A DNA stretch of 64,000 nucleotides, from assembly GCA_013239625.1 (NCBI GenBank), contig MU053934.1:11137003-11201002 (forward strand). The letters run 5' to 3'. Positions 26,020-38,020 of this stretch are shown here, piece by piece. The notes under the pieces are model-generated. The model did not search any database. It had not been told where the DNA came from and saw only the letters and a program-made list of their open reading frames with translations. The DNA is from Lama guanicoe. Its lineage: Eukaryota. Position numbers and translations under genes: made by a program. How positions within the stretch are numbered: position 1 is the stretch's first letter; the number at the start of each line of letters is the position of its first letter.

Positions 26020-26830
26020 GTTTTGTTGTGCAGACAAGTGGACAGATGGATAAAAACATGCCCCGAAAATACTGATTAAGCTCTTAAGGACAGAACACGT
26101 TCTGTGATGTGGGTGTGACAAAGGGACACAGAGGGACCGGCTGAAGGAGCGCCAACGGCCAGAGCAACAGAATAGATCAGGCAGCGTTAAGGCACACCCC
26201 GTGTGGATAAATGTCCCTGGCTCCGTGCTAATATACATGCACAACCGAGGACACAGACAGGACAAGAGACACATCTCTCCGGCAGAAACTTTCTGAAGAA
26301 TTTGCAGACACTCTGCCTTCTAGGAGCTGGGACAGAACTCTCGTCCTGATGTGATGGGGCGAGGACACTTCCCCTCCACGGCCCTCCTTTCAAAACCCAG
26401 GACCCCAGTCTAACCCTGGGAAAAACACTGGACAAACCCCAGTAGATGGGGCATCTACAAAACACCTTCCCTGACTCCTCAAAGCTGTCAAGGTCAGCAA
26501 AGGCAAAGAAGATTTGAGAACCCGACACAGCCCAGTGAGCCTAGAGCGATGCGAAGACTAAAAGTTGTGTGTGTCCTCGGTGGGGGCCCAGGACCCGGAA
26601 ATAAGAAAAGAAAAAGGCAGCAGCCAAAACCAAGCAGATCTGAAGAAAGTACAGATTTGGGTTCAGAATAAAGCATCAACCCAGTAACAAGCGCATGGCA
26701 CTTCCGTGAGGTGCAGACAGCCGGGGAATTCAGCGCTGGGCATAAGGGAACTCTGCGTTCTCGTTGCCATTTTCCCGTAAATTGGAAATGGTTTTAAAAT
26801 AAAAAGTGGATTTTTAAAAGTACTTAATAA
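26020..26830 (+). mobile_element. L1MC-type 3'UTR
   Basis: CCCCAGTCTAACCCTGGGAAAAACACTGGACAAACCC, CTCCTCAAAGCTGTCAAGGTCA, terminus GGGAACTCTG...TTTTAAAATAAAAAGT. Confidence 0.75.
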
Positions 26831-29509
26831 AAGCAGCAGCGGGGAGAAAATCCTTGCAGGGCTGTCCACTCTCAGCCGCAGGGGCCCTGGTCTGGCAACT
26901 TCCCAGCACCACCTTCACAGCTCGACGGGATGGAGCCCAGGGCCCCAGCGGACACTTCCTCAGCTTTGCGGAGACTCCGGACACAAGTGGGCCCACCCCC
27001 TTTGGCGCTGGGGTCATTTCTGGAAAGTGCAGGAAGGGCCTTAGGAAAGACCGGACACACCAGAGCGGGCAGGAGCCCGGTGGCGGGGAGGCTCTCACTG
27101 AGCGGCCCACGTCGGCGTGCGTTGGGGACAGTCCAGAAGGCAAGTCCAAGAGGACCAGAAGGATGGTGGACAAGTGCTGACCGGCTGCCTGAGGCTTGGA
27201 GGTGGTGGACCTTCAGGGCCCTCTGCTCGGTGAACACCTTCTCATCCATTCTGGAAGCAGCCGGTGTCTGCTGCTCTGGAAGCCTGGCCAGCTGACACGG
27301 CAGTGCCCCGCAGCTTACATGTTCTCTGTCACGTGTGCTGCGACTGCCCCCCTGGGCCCGGGGGCTGTGCTGAGAAACCTCCCCTCAACAGGGCTGCGCA
27401 CGGGACAGCAGGCAGCGCTGAGTCACTGAAGCGGTGGCTGTTTACCACATGTTTTACAGGGTGAAACATGTTTCATTATAAAAATACAAAAAGGATGATT
27501 TTGCTTTCAAAAAGATGGACTAACAGTGACTGAATATACCCTCCCACCGGAATCAATTAAAAATGGACAAAGTCTATGAAACAACGGTCTGCGAGATACT
27601 GGTCATCAGGCAAAGCTGGCAGGACTGCGGGATAAACAGACACATCCGAGATTACAGGCGCAGAAGCAGCGGCGCGCGCTCTGTAGCTGACGGAGTAAGT
27701 AGGCAGACCACTAAAGACACAGATGACCTGAACAACACTGAGGACTAACTGGATGGAACAGAAGTTTGTCGAATATCCCCCAACAGCAGCAGTGTTCCAT
27801 TCTTATCAAGTACACATGAAACATTTACCATGATAGACCATATTCTAGGCATAAAACATGATCCAAATTCTTTATAAAGGACTCAAGTCAGACAAAATAT
27901 TTTCTTTGTCAATGGAATTAAAAATCAATAAAATAAAATCTCTGGAAAATCTTCTGAATATTTAAAGACTAAAAGACATACTTCTAAATAACTCATGAAA
28001 GATATTAATTAATTCTTCTTTTCAAGGAAGTGATTAAAAGGAAGTGAGAGATTATTTTGGATTGAATGAAAATACACAACTAAAGTAGTAATTGAGGGGG
28101 TGATGATGTGATTATCTCACTAGACACACAGAGACAACATTTAGAACATCTAATACCCATTTTTGATGAAAACCCTCCAAAACTGGGACATGGAAAGGAA
28201 CTGCCAGAACGCGAAACAGCATCTGTGCAAAACCTTCAGCTAGCATCACACACAAGGGAAGAGACTGAAAGTTTTCCTTCAATATCAGAAGTAAGACAAC
28301 AATGTCTGTTCCCGTCACTTACATTCAACATTGTACTGGCATTTCTGGCCAATGCAATAAAGCAGGAAAAAGAAGTAAAACTCATCCAGATGAGAAAGGA
28401 AGAAGTGAAACTCTTTATTCATGAAAGTTAATGATTATACATGTAGGAATTTGATGGAATCAACAAAAATTTACTAGATCTAATACCTGAGTTTATCAAA
28501 GTTGCAGGATATATTATCACATAAAAAAACCAAATGAAATTCTGTTCAGTGGGAAAAATCAAAAATTGAAATAAAAATTATTTAAAGTAATAGCAAAGTA
28601 TCATTTTAAAAGGTACCAAAAATGTGATAAACATGGAAAAAGATGGGAAGATCTGTATACTGAAAACTATAAAATATTGCTGATAGAAATGAAATAAGAC
28701 CTGAATGGAGAGATACACAGTGTCTGTGGGTCAGTGGACTCAAAGCTGCTAAGATGGCAATTACACCCTACATGGATTTGAAAGTTCATATGGAAATGAA
28801 AGTAATCTAGAAAAGTCAAAACATTTTTAAAAGAAAAAAGTGGGGGACTGACACTACCTTATTTCAAGACTTTCTGCAAAGCTACAGTAATTAAGACAGT
28901 GCGCATAAACATGAATAAATAGATCAGAGTGGTACAGAGCAGAGCTTAGAAACAGACCCACACAGACATTGCCTACTGATTTTTTAACAAAGCTGCAGAG
29001 AAAATTCAGTGAAGAAAGGATAATCTCTCAAACAAATGGTGCCAGAACAGTTGAACATCAGATTGAAAAATTTAAATTTGTATTTGTATCTCACACCATG
29101 TACTAAAATTATCTCAAAACAAATCATAAATCTAAAACTATAAAACTTCTAGAAGTAAATACACCTGAAATATTTTGGTTTAGGACTAGGCAAAAAATCT
29201 TAAATATGACACCAACTATGTACTTTATAGAACAAATTGATGAATGGGACTTCCTCACAATTACAAACTTCTGTCTTCAAGTGATGTTGCTAGGAGAATA
29301 AAAGACAAATCATAGACTAGGAGAACATATTTGTAAATCACATGTCTGCTCAAAGACCTTGAATCTAGATTATACAAAGAACTCTCAAAAATCAATAAAG
29401 AATTGTGGGTACTTCGCCGTAGGAGTATTTGTTTGCATGTATGCAAATAAGCACATGAGAAGACTCCTAACATCATCAGTTATTAGGGAAATGCAAACTA
29501 AAGCCACAG

Positions 29510-30187
29510 GAAAGCAGTACGGAGGTTCCTTTAAAAACTAAAACTAGACTCACCATATGATCCAGCAGTCCCACTCCTGGGCATATGTCCGAGGGAACTT
29601 TAATTCAAAAAGACATACTCACCCCAATGTTCACAGCAGCACTACTTACAATAGCCAAGACACGGAGACAGCCGAAATGTCCATCAACAGTGGACTGGGT
29701 AAAGAAGTTGTGGTGTATATATACAATGGAATACTACTCAGCCATAAAAAAGAATAAAATAGTGCCATTTGCAGCCACATGGATGGACCTGGAGATGGTC
29801 ATTCTAAGTGAAGCGAGCCAGAAAAAGAGAGAAAAATACCATATGAGATCACTTGTATGTGGAATCCAAAGAAAACATAAATGAACTTATTTATAAAACA
29901 GAAGCAGACTCACAGACAATAGAGAACAAACTTACGCTTACCAGAGGGGGAAGGGGGTGGGAAGGGGAAAACTGGGAGTTTGAGATTTGCAGATACTAAC
30001 TACTACATATAAAATAGATAAACAACAAGTTCATACTGTGCAGCACAGGGAACTATATTCAATACCTTGCAGTAACCTGTAATAAAAAAGATGAAAAGGA
30101 ATATATATGTACATGTATGACTGAAGCATTGTGCTGTACACCGGAAATTGACACAACACTGTAAACTGACTGTACTTCAAAAAAAAA
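29510..30187 (+). mobile_element. Younger L1 3' end nested in the old L1
   Basis: Low-divergence ORF2 C-terminus (PMFTAALLTIAK...WVKKLWCIYTMEYYSAIKKN...FAATWMDLE), full 3'UTR and A-tail CTGTACTTCAAAAAAAAA. Confidence 0.9.
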
Positions 30188-30893
30188 TTACTGCAGCAGA
30201 TGCTACTTTACACCTACAAAGATGATGACAAAAAGACATGAAGATGTGAGAACTCGGAGCAAAGAGAACACTCATACACTGCAAGTGCAGGTGCAAAGTG
30301 GTACAATCATGTTGTAAAAGGGTTCACCATCTCATACAAAGTCAAGTGTGTAGCTACAGCAGGATCCAGCCACTCTACTCTTCGATACTCACCCACAAGA
30401 AACAAAAACACATGCTGTAACAAAAACTGATGCCTGAATGTCCCCAGCAAGCTGATCTGTGATCGCTCCACCTATAAACAACCTGGATGTCCATCCACAG
30501 GTCAATTCATGAAAAACTGTCATATTCACGCAATGGAACATCACTCGGCAGTAAAAAGTAGTGAACTGTTTGTTGATACAGTCACATGGGTGGATCTCAA
30601 AATAATTTTACTGAGTGAACCAAGCTAGAAAAACAGGAAGACGCATTATATGAGTTCTTTTTGATAGACGTCTAGGAATTGCGATCTAATGTGTCCCGAT
30701 GGAAACTACAGCTCGGAGTGGGCAGGGGGCTGTGGGCTGGGGGGGCACACGGGGCAGGGATGGTTCGGGGTGATGGGTATGTGTTCATTCTCTTGATTGT
30801 GACAGTGTTTCCACAGGTACACACATGTCAGAATATATTTTTCAAAAGTCCATTTTAAATACATGTTGTTTATTCTACACCAGTGAGGTCTCC

Positions 30894-31307
30894 TGTGATG
30901 GTCAAGTCCATGTCCACATGGCTGGACTACAATGCCCAGTCGTTTGGTCAAACGCCAGTCTAGGTACTGCTGTGACGGTATTTTTAAAATGTGATTAACA
31001 TTTAAATCAACAGACTTTGAGAAAATAGATGACCTTCCATAATGTGGGTGGGCCTGATCCAATAGGTTGAAGGTTTTAAGACAAAACAAACTGAGATCTC
31101 CCCAAGAGAGAGAACTCTGCCTCCAGATGTCTTTGGACTCCAGCTGGGACATCAGCTCTCGCCTGGGCTCCAGCCCGCCTTGTCCTGCAACTTCTGGACT
31201 GCCAGCCTCCACACTCGTATGGCCCGATTCCCTAAACCTCAATCTCAGTCTCTCTCTCTCTGTCTCTCTTACGGGTTCTGTTTCTCTGGAGAACCCTGAC
31301 CCACGCA
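30894..31307 (+). mobile_element. MLT2 (ERVL) solo LTR
   Basis: TGTGATGG...CA termini; CTTCCATAATGTGGGTGGGCCTGATCCAAT, TTCTGTTTCTCTGGAGAACCCTGAC; near-perfect 5-bp TSD TCTCC/CCTCC. Confidence 0.9.
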
Positions 31308-31529
31308 CCTCCATAAAGCTATGAAAAATGGCAAGATACAAAAGAGAAAAACCCACATTCCCACTGACAGAATCTTCAAATCGACAAGAGGAAAACTGGC
31401 CTGCTGAGCCCTCAACAGGTGAAGAACAAATAATTTGTAATGCGTGTAAGAGATTGGTAATGCCTGTTGTTGTCTTATTAAGACATTTCTGCATTTTCTA
31501 CACTTCAAAAAGTTAATTTCCAAAGTTAG

Positions 31530-32110
31530 AAGAGTTTCTACTAGTTAACCATGAAAAGACAAACACCCTAGGAGAAAACTCCGCAAAGGATGTACACAGT
31601 TCACTCTCCAAAGATGCTAAGACGACTTATGCGTGAGCCTTGCCAGTCCTCGTTAAGACAAACACAGGCAAATGAAAACAGAAATGACACTTTACCACCT
31701 GAGTAACTGTCCAAGTTATCTGAGTCAACGACAAAATCCAGGCTGACATGGGCTGGCTGAAATGGCTACTGTCAGGTACTGTCCAGAGGAATGTAAATTA
31801 ATATAACATCACTTGGAAATTCATTTGGAATACATAGGAAGGCCTTAAACCGGTATCCCTATTTTGACCTAACAATTCTAGATCCACAGTTTTCTTCCCC
31901 ACAAATAACCGTAACTATAGGAAAAGATTTGAGTACAAATGCATTCATTGCTGAAACACTTGAAAGCATAAAACACTAGAAATCATTTAAATGTCCAAAA
32001 AATAAAACAATGATTAAATAAATGATGGTGTCTATGCATTATAGAATTTCAGACTGCTGAGGAAAGAATTTTCTGGGACAATATGTGAAGCCATGAAATA
32101 ATGTTCACTC
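31530..32110 (+). mobile_element. Ancient L1 (L1ME-like) 3' fragment
   Basis: GGAATGTAAATTAATATAAC, TTTGACCTAACAATTCTA, TTAAATGTCCAA...ATGATTAAATAAATGATGGT. Confidence 0.65.
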
Positions 32111-32180
32111 CATACAAGGAATCTGCTTACTAAGGAGCTATGGAAAGGATACGTGAAAAAAAGGAAAGAAAGAAGAAAAA

Positions 32181-32400
32181 GTTTGGTATTTGCAGATACA
32201 AACTACTATGTGCAGAATAGATAAACAACAAGTTTCCACTGCATAGCACAGGAAACTAGATTCAACCGCTTGGAGCAACCTAATGAAAAAGAATATGAAA
32301 AAGAATATCTGTGTATATATGTGTATAACTGAATCACTGTGCTGCACACCAGAAACTAACACAACACTGTAAATCAGCTATAATTCAATTGAAAAAAAAG
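32181..32400 (+). mobile_element. Short L1 3'UTR end, same family as 29980-30187
   Basis: ATTTGCAGATAC...ATAGATAAACAACAAGTT...TGTGCTGCACACCAGAAACTAACACAACACTGTAAA plus A-tail. Confidence 0.88.
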
Positions 32401-32410
32401 AGAGAGGGAA

Positions 32411-32546
32411 GGGGAGGGTATAGCTCAGTGGTAGAGTACGTGCATAGCATGCAAAACGTGCTGGGTTCAATCCTCAGTATCTCCATCAAAGACAAATTTT
32501 TTAAAAAAAAAACCCTGATTACCCCCCAAAAATTTTATTAAAAAAG
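32411..32546 (+). mobile_element. Vic-1-type tRNA-derived SINE (camelid)
   Basis: GGGGAGGGTATAGCTCAGTGGTAGAG (A box), GGGTTCAATCC (B box), then A-rich / GATTACCCCCC / A-rich tail. Confidence 0.88.
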
Positions 32547-33599
32547 AAATGTAGCAGTTTCTAACAAAATGCCAAGTGTGGTTGACTCTGGGCGGCAGAA
32601 GGCAAGAACATTTTATTTTCTTTTTGTTTATCTGTCCATTTTACAAAATGTTCTAGCAATGAACTTACTGGAGTCGTGAGAGGCAGGGCCAGCAGTGTCC
32701 GCGAGGACACTGTCTGGAGCCGGGCTGCCGGGCCGCCGGCCACCCTCACCGGCTGAACCCCCGGAGCACGCCCGCCCCTCCTTCCCGCCCCGGCTTCCTC
32801 TGTGACCCGGGACGGCGCGCTCCCAGCGCGGTTCTGAAGGTAGGGTCAACCCTCTCCGCCTGCACAGAACTTGGAATCGTGCCTGGCACTCAGGACAGAA
32901 TAGAGAAGCACTTCTTATCAGTGTTAGGACTGAATCGGTAAAATGGATAAGTATTCATAAAAATGACATCACAATCCCACCCGCCGACTCCACGGAAGGC
33001 GCGGCTCCAGGCGCTGAGGCTTCATCCCCGGGGTCTCGCCCCCGTGGAGCTCCGGTCTGCTCCCGCTGAAGCTGCCCCCCTCCTCTGCCCTCGGGTGCCC
33101 CCTTCCTGCGCCTTCGCCGGCAGCCTGAAAGCTCACTGCGCAAGCGGCTGACCGCCTTGACTGGGACGTGTCCCCCGCAGCTGGCCGGTGCCTGTCTCTG
33201 TCCACACTGCAGCTCTCTCCCTAGTTTTCCAGCCAGAGCCTAGAGTCACTCTGGACACCTCCGTCCTGGCCCACCGCACCCAGGCCCCAGCGCCAGTCAC
33301 CCCCATCTCCTTAAGAATTAAGGGTGCGCTGGTCTCCCACCAGCCTCCGTCTCCGAGAGAAGCAGCCAGCCCGCCTCCCATGTGGACTTGAACACCTGTC
33401 CTGCCCCCTCCACCCTCGCCCCCCGTGGCACACAGTGATGTCTTTGCCAGTGCACAGGGGAGACGCGGACGGCAGGGGCAGCCCTCAGAGGGAACCCGCC
33501 ATGCACCAGGCGAGGAGTAGCCGGGCCCCACAGCCCAGACCTGCAGACGCCTGCCGGACACAGATCCCCATGTGTGCTTCACACACGAGTGCCTGCTTT

Positions 33600-34150
33600 T
33601 TCATAAAGGCGTCCCTCTGCATGGTCCCAGTGGAGACATCCCAGCGTCTCACCCAGTTAAAACATCCAGCCCCAGGTGCAGGGTCCCTGGGAGCTCTCGG
33701 TCACGGGCGGCCCACGACTCAGTGACGAATATGACCCTCAGTGTGGAGAAGCCAGGAGAGAACGGGACAACCACGGCCGATACTCCTGATCGCGAGGGCA
33801 GAGAACGCGTTCCCCGCAGGGGAGACGCTACAATTTCCTGCCCAGACTTGGGAGGGGTGCCTTGTGACCCGCTGTCTTGAACCACACCTCCCTTCCGGGA
33901 TCTCTCCTTTGCTGGTGCCCCCGTGGCCACCTGAGGCATCCGCGGTGAGGGACGCCCCTCCTGGGACCGTCAGCGCGGCGCGTGGGGTGAGGCCCGGGGA
34001 CTCCCTCGGGGCCGAATGCCCACGTCCCTCGCTTCCCAGGCTTGGAGTGAGGGTGGCAGTGTGACCTCTAATAAACTTAGTCGAGTTCCACAATGTAACG
34101 TTCCATCCGCTCTGGCTGCTGATCAAACCCGGCCAATCAGCAACGGCACG
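33600..34150 (+). mobile_element. Possible old LTR remnant, family unassigned
   Basis: CTCTAATAAACTT near 34066 followed by a short U5-like stretch; otherwise weak. Confidence 0.3.
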
Positions 34151-34528
34151 CTGTCGCTTGGTAGTACCCGCTGGATCCCGATCTGAGCTTTCTGTCTCCT
34201 AGCAACAGGACTCAGCGCTCTGCTCATCTCCATTCTCAGTTTCCATCTTGGTCTCCCACCAGGCCTCCGGGAACCTCTGGCATCTGCCCCTGCCTCTGGG
34301 CTGCCTCCCGGCTGTGTGTCAGCCCCTCGGCCCCAGTCAGGAGGCCCCAGTCCTGTCTCTTATCCCCTCTCCTTGCCCCTTCCAGCCTCGCTGGATTTCA
34401 GACTCTCTGCACCCTGGATTCTGAGGCGTAAGTGCCAAGAACTCCATTCCCCTTCTTGCTGGTGTGGGTTTTCAGTACTCGGCATGAACTAGTCAATCTG
34501 CTGCTCCGACTTCCTGAAGTTTTCCCCT

Positions 34529-34980
34529 CGACAAGGTTCTTTGCTCAATCTCCAGCCAGGCTCCTGGACCTTCTTCGGGCCCCATCTGTGTGCTTCCTTC
34601 TAAGATCCAGTTTTAGCAAGAACCCTGCTAAGTCGGTTTATCAGAAACCCCCCACCTGGGGATACCCGAGGAGGCTCCTCTCTCCACCCCTCACCCCAGG
34701 GTGGCGTCTGACCACCTGGTCTGCCTTCAGCAAGAATCCTGCTGGGCTGGTTTAGCCAGAAGCACCCCCACCCCTGATGTTAGTAATTTTCCATCCTTGA
34801 CCCACCTGCTCCTCGGCTATAAATAACCACTTGCTCACGGTTCTTCAGAGCTGAGCCCAGTCTCTCTCCCCGACTGCAAAACCTCACCCCCGCGGTCCCG
34901 GTACATGGTTTGGCGGTCCTGAATAGAGTCTGCCTTACCATCTTTAACAAGTGTTGTTGAACATATTTTTTTCTTTAACA
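34529..34980 (+). mobile_element. MER31-like ERV1 solo LTR
   Basis: CAGGCTCCTGGACCTTC, ATCCAGTTTTAGCAAGAACCCTGCTAAGTC, CTCGGCTATAAAT, terminus TTTTTCTTTAACA match recalled MER31. Confidence 0.8.
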
Positions 34981-35559
34981 GGTCAAACCCCTAACATCGC
35001 AGCTACAAAAATCTCCAGGTCTGAGTTTCGGGATGAAGGAGGTGGTTTAACTCACTCAGTGTGCCCCCTCCATCTGCTTGGAGCAACCTCCCCAACTGTC
35101 CCACGGTCGCCATCACCATCCCCTGCATCCTTCGGCACGACAGCCCCAAGGTAGCCTCCCAAGTTCATCAGAGACCACATCTCTCTGTGGAACAGTGTTT
35201 GTCAAACAAAGAAAATGACAGTAACCAAAATTATCGGGTGGACAGCCAGCACTTTAAGAAATGAACTGGCCAGACTAGGACATACCAGAGAGCACCGATG
35301 GTGTATTTGTTCTGCGAGACTTTCATTTCAAGTGTGTGTGTGTGCGCGCGCACGTGCATTTGTCTTAAGGATGCCTCCAAAAATGTTTGGAAGCCACTCT
35401 ACTGGGAGCTTCCCTGGACACCCTGACTGCATCCCACAACCTGACTCGGGGCCAGATCTCTCCTCGGCCCCAACAGACTCTTCTATCCCTCCCTCACAGC
35501 ACTGGCCACACTGCTCTGTTTCCTCACGGCTGGTTTCCTGCCCCACCGGAAACTTCCAG

Positions 35560-35642
35560 GGGACGGAAAGCACCTGTCTGGTTTCCCACCCCTCCTCCAG
35601 CACCTGGCATCTAGCAGGTGCTCAGTAAACGGGCGTTGAATA
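35560..35642 (+). mobile_element. L2 3' end
   Basis: CACCTGGCATCTAGCAGGTGCTCAGTAAAC...GTTGAAT. Confidence 0.65.
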
Positions 35643-35991
35643 CAGGACTGTCCAGAGCAGGAGTTCAGAATGAACAGGACGAAATGGAAGACAAAACACT
35701 TTTATAAGGTACATCCTTTTAACAGGATGAAAGGCTTCAGTCAAAGGAATGGATTGTCAGGTGGAGATTCAGGCATCCGTGGTGGACCCTCCCTGGCCAG
35801 GGGGCAGAGGCCAGCAGGGCACATGAGACAAGGGGTCCTGCCCCCTGTGTCTCCTGGGGTTCCCAGGAGCACAAGTTTGGCTGCACCTCCCTGCTGGCAA
35901 AGGGAGACGAGGAGCTGCAGTTGAGAAGATACTGAGCAGCAAAGTCAGAGTATTTTCATGAAACAGGAGTAGAAAATTTATGGAAAAAATG

Positions 35992-36160
35992 TCATTTCTG
36001 TTATTGCTTATGGCTGAGTAGTATTCCATTGTATAAATATACCACAACTTCTTTATCCAGTCATCTGTCGATGGACATTTAGGGTGCTTCCTGCTGTACA
36101 CCAGAAACTGACACAACATTGTAAACTAACTATACTTCAATAGAAATATATATATATATA
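35992..36160. mobile_element. Miniature 5'-inverted L1 (minus 35992-36091, plus 36092-36160)
   Basis: First part is the reverse complement of sequence like 29670-29770; second part matches 30132-30180; AAAAATG on both flanks. Confidence 0.82.
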
Positions 36161-36303
36161 CCCCCAAAAATGAGCCTGGACACAGTCACATTACAGCCCC
36201 AGCCATGCCAGAGCCCCTGGAAAAGGCTCCCACCGAGCCAACCCCTGGGACCTGGACAGACCGCCTGGCCTGGGCCTCCTCCTCCCTGCTGGATTTCCCC
36301 CAC

Positions 36304-36306
<3 letters not shown>

Positions 36307-36354
<48 letters not shown>
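36307..36354. repeat. (GT)24 microsatellite
   Basis: Perfect dinucleotide run. Confidence 0.98.
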
Positions 36355-36356
<2 letters not shown>

Positions 36357-37611
36357 AGGGGTGCCTGCGTGCATGGTCTGGGGACAGCTGTTCCCTCATG
36401 CCTTCATGGTAAGCTCTGGGGTTCCTTGGGGGCCTCCCGAGCCAGGACTCGGGTGGAGGAGTGATGCTGGGGACCGTCTTCCATCTTCGCTTCTCCCAGC
36501 TGTTCAGTCCAGCGCTCAAGCCCCCTAGTGGCTCCTGAGAAAGGGTCCCCAGCTCCAACAGGACCTCACGGGTCCTTCAGCTCCCCTTCCTCATGCAGAA
36601 TCCAGAAGAGACTCTGGTTTGGGAAGGGTGAGTTTCTATGGCATGTCCGCCAGCTGGCAGGAGGCAGCGCCTGGTGGACAGTGTGGCCGGCACGGCAGGC
36701 CCCGGCAGCAGAGCCCTCCGGTGAGCACCTGGCCGTGGGAGCTTGTCTTGCCGATGAGGCCTGCGCAGGAGGAGGGGGTGGGGAACCTGACCTTCAAGGA
36801 GTCAGCTTTTTCAACCTCAGCGTTTTCTTAGGAGACCAGCTCCTGGCAGGGGTAGGGGGGAGTCTGGAGATATGAGACTGAGGCCTTGTGAACGTGGGGC
36901 ACAGAGGCCATTCACCAAGTCCAGGGCAGTGTGCTGAGGTGGAGGGGCTACAGCAGGGACAAGGAGAGAGCTCCCGGAACATGTGTCCCTGCCTGGCAGG
37001 GCCCGCCTAGGGAAACAGGCAGCCTTCCTAGGTGCGAGAACTCAGCAGACTTTGCGTGGGGCCAAGGCTGTGCTCTCCTGGGGGCTGGGGACACCAATAC
37101 ACAGCACAGAACAGGGATCACAAGGCCCATCAGAGGAAAGGGACCAAAGTGCTTGGAATAAATTCCGGTACCCCCGCCCCAGGCAACACCCGGCACCCCA
37201 GCGTTGCAGGCAGGGGCGGGGAAGGATGCGGGCGTCAAGGACCGCGGGCCACATAGCCCAAGTCCGCAAACTTCACGCTGGCCGGGCCCGTCCTCCCCCG
37301 AGAAGCCCAGGCTGCGGGCGCGCCGGGCCGTCTCTGTCGCCATCCAGAGGCGCGGCTCTGGCGCTTCGTCCCCTCCGCCGCGGGCCTCCCCGCCAGTCCC
37401 GGGGCCCGCGCGAGGCCCCCGCGGCGCCGGGCACGCGCATCGGGCGCGCCCCTCGCATCGCTGGTCGGCGCGCCGAGCCCGGGCGTGCAGCGACGCCCAG
37501 AGCGGCAGGGCCGACGCGCGCGGGGCCCCCACGGGGAGGCCGGCGCGGGGGCGCGGGCAGGGCCGGCTGCTGAGACGCGCTGCTGCCCCCCGCGCGGGCG
37601 CCGCGGCTTCA

Positions 37612-37723
37612 ATGGCGCCATCGCCCAGGACCAGCAGCCGGCAAGATGCGACCACCCTGCCCAGCATGTCCTCAACTTTTTGGGCGTTCATGATCCTGGC
37701 CAGCCTGCTCATCGCCTACTGCA
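37612..37723 (+). CDS. TAFA5: TAFA chemokine-like family member 5 (FAM19A5), first coding exon (partial CDS, 37 codons + 1 nt)
   Basis: Translates MAPSPRTSSRQDATTLPSMSSTFWAFMILASLLIAYC, nearly identical to the recalled human TAFA5 N-terminus (MAPSPRTGSRQDATALPSMSSTFWAFMILASLLIAYCSQLAAG). Followed by a canonical donor GCA|GTGAGT at 37724 (phase 1). The downstream QLAAGTCEIV exon is not seen in the window. Confidence 0.96.
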
Positions 37724-37854
37724 GTGAGTACCGCGCGGCCCGGGCCCCCGCACGGCCCCTCCGGCCTGGCCCCGGCCCCCGATCCCGGGCCGCGGCCCCG
37801 GCGGGGCGCCCCGCGGGCCGCCCGGAGCCTGCGAGGAGCTACGAGCTCCGGGCG

Positions 37855-38020
37855 NNNNNNNNNNNNNNNNNNNNNNNNNNNNNNNNNNNNNNNNNNNNNN
37901 NNNNNNNNNNNNNNNNNNNNNNNNNNNNNNNNNNNNNNNNNNNNNNNNNNNNNNNNNNNNNNNNNNNNNNNNNNNNNNNNNNNNNNNNNNNNNNNNNNNN
38001 NNNNNNNNNNNNNNNNNNNN
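37855..38020. other. Assembly gap (166 N)
   Basis: N run inside the extremely GC-rich island. Confidence 0.99.

Larger units (their letters stand above)
27500..31337 (+). mobile_element. Old L1 (5'UTR stub, deleted ORF2, 3'UTR) hosting two younger insertions
   Basis: 5'UTR stub resembling 14400-14520; ORF2 remnants ([19 protein letters not shown]); 3'UTR resumes at ~30190 and ends ATAAAGCTATGAAAAA after the MLT2 insert. Confidence 0.82.

Noticed and set aside
30706..31494. 262-aa minus-strand ORF
   Set aside because: Antisense read across the MLT2 LTR and L1 3'UTR.
32411..32485. tRNA gene (also 41890-41965)
   Set aside because: A and B boxes are present but the stems are imperfect and both continue into a shared SINE-type A-rich tail.
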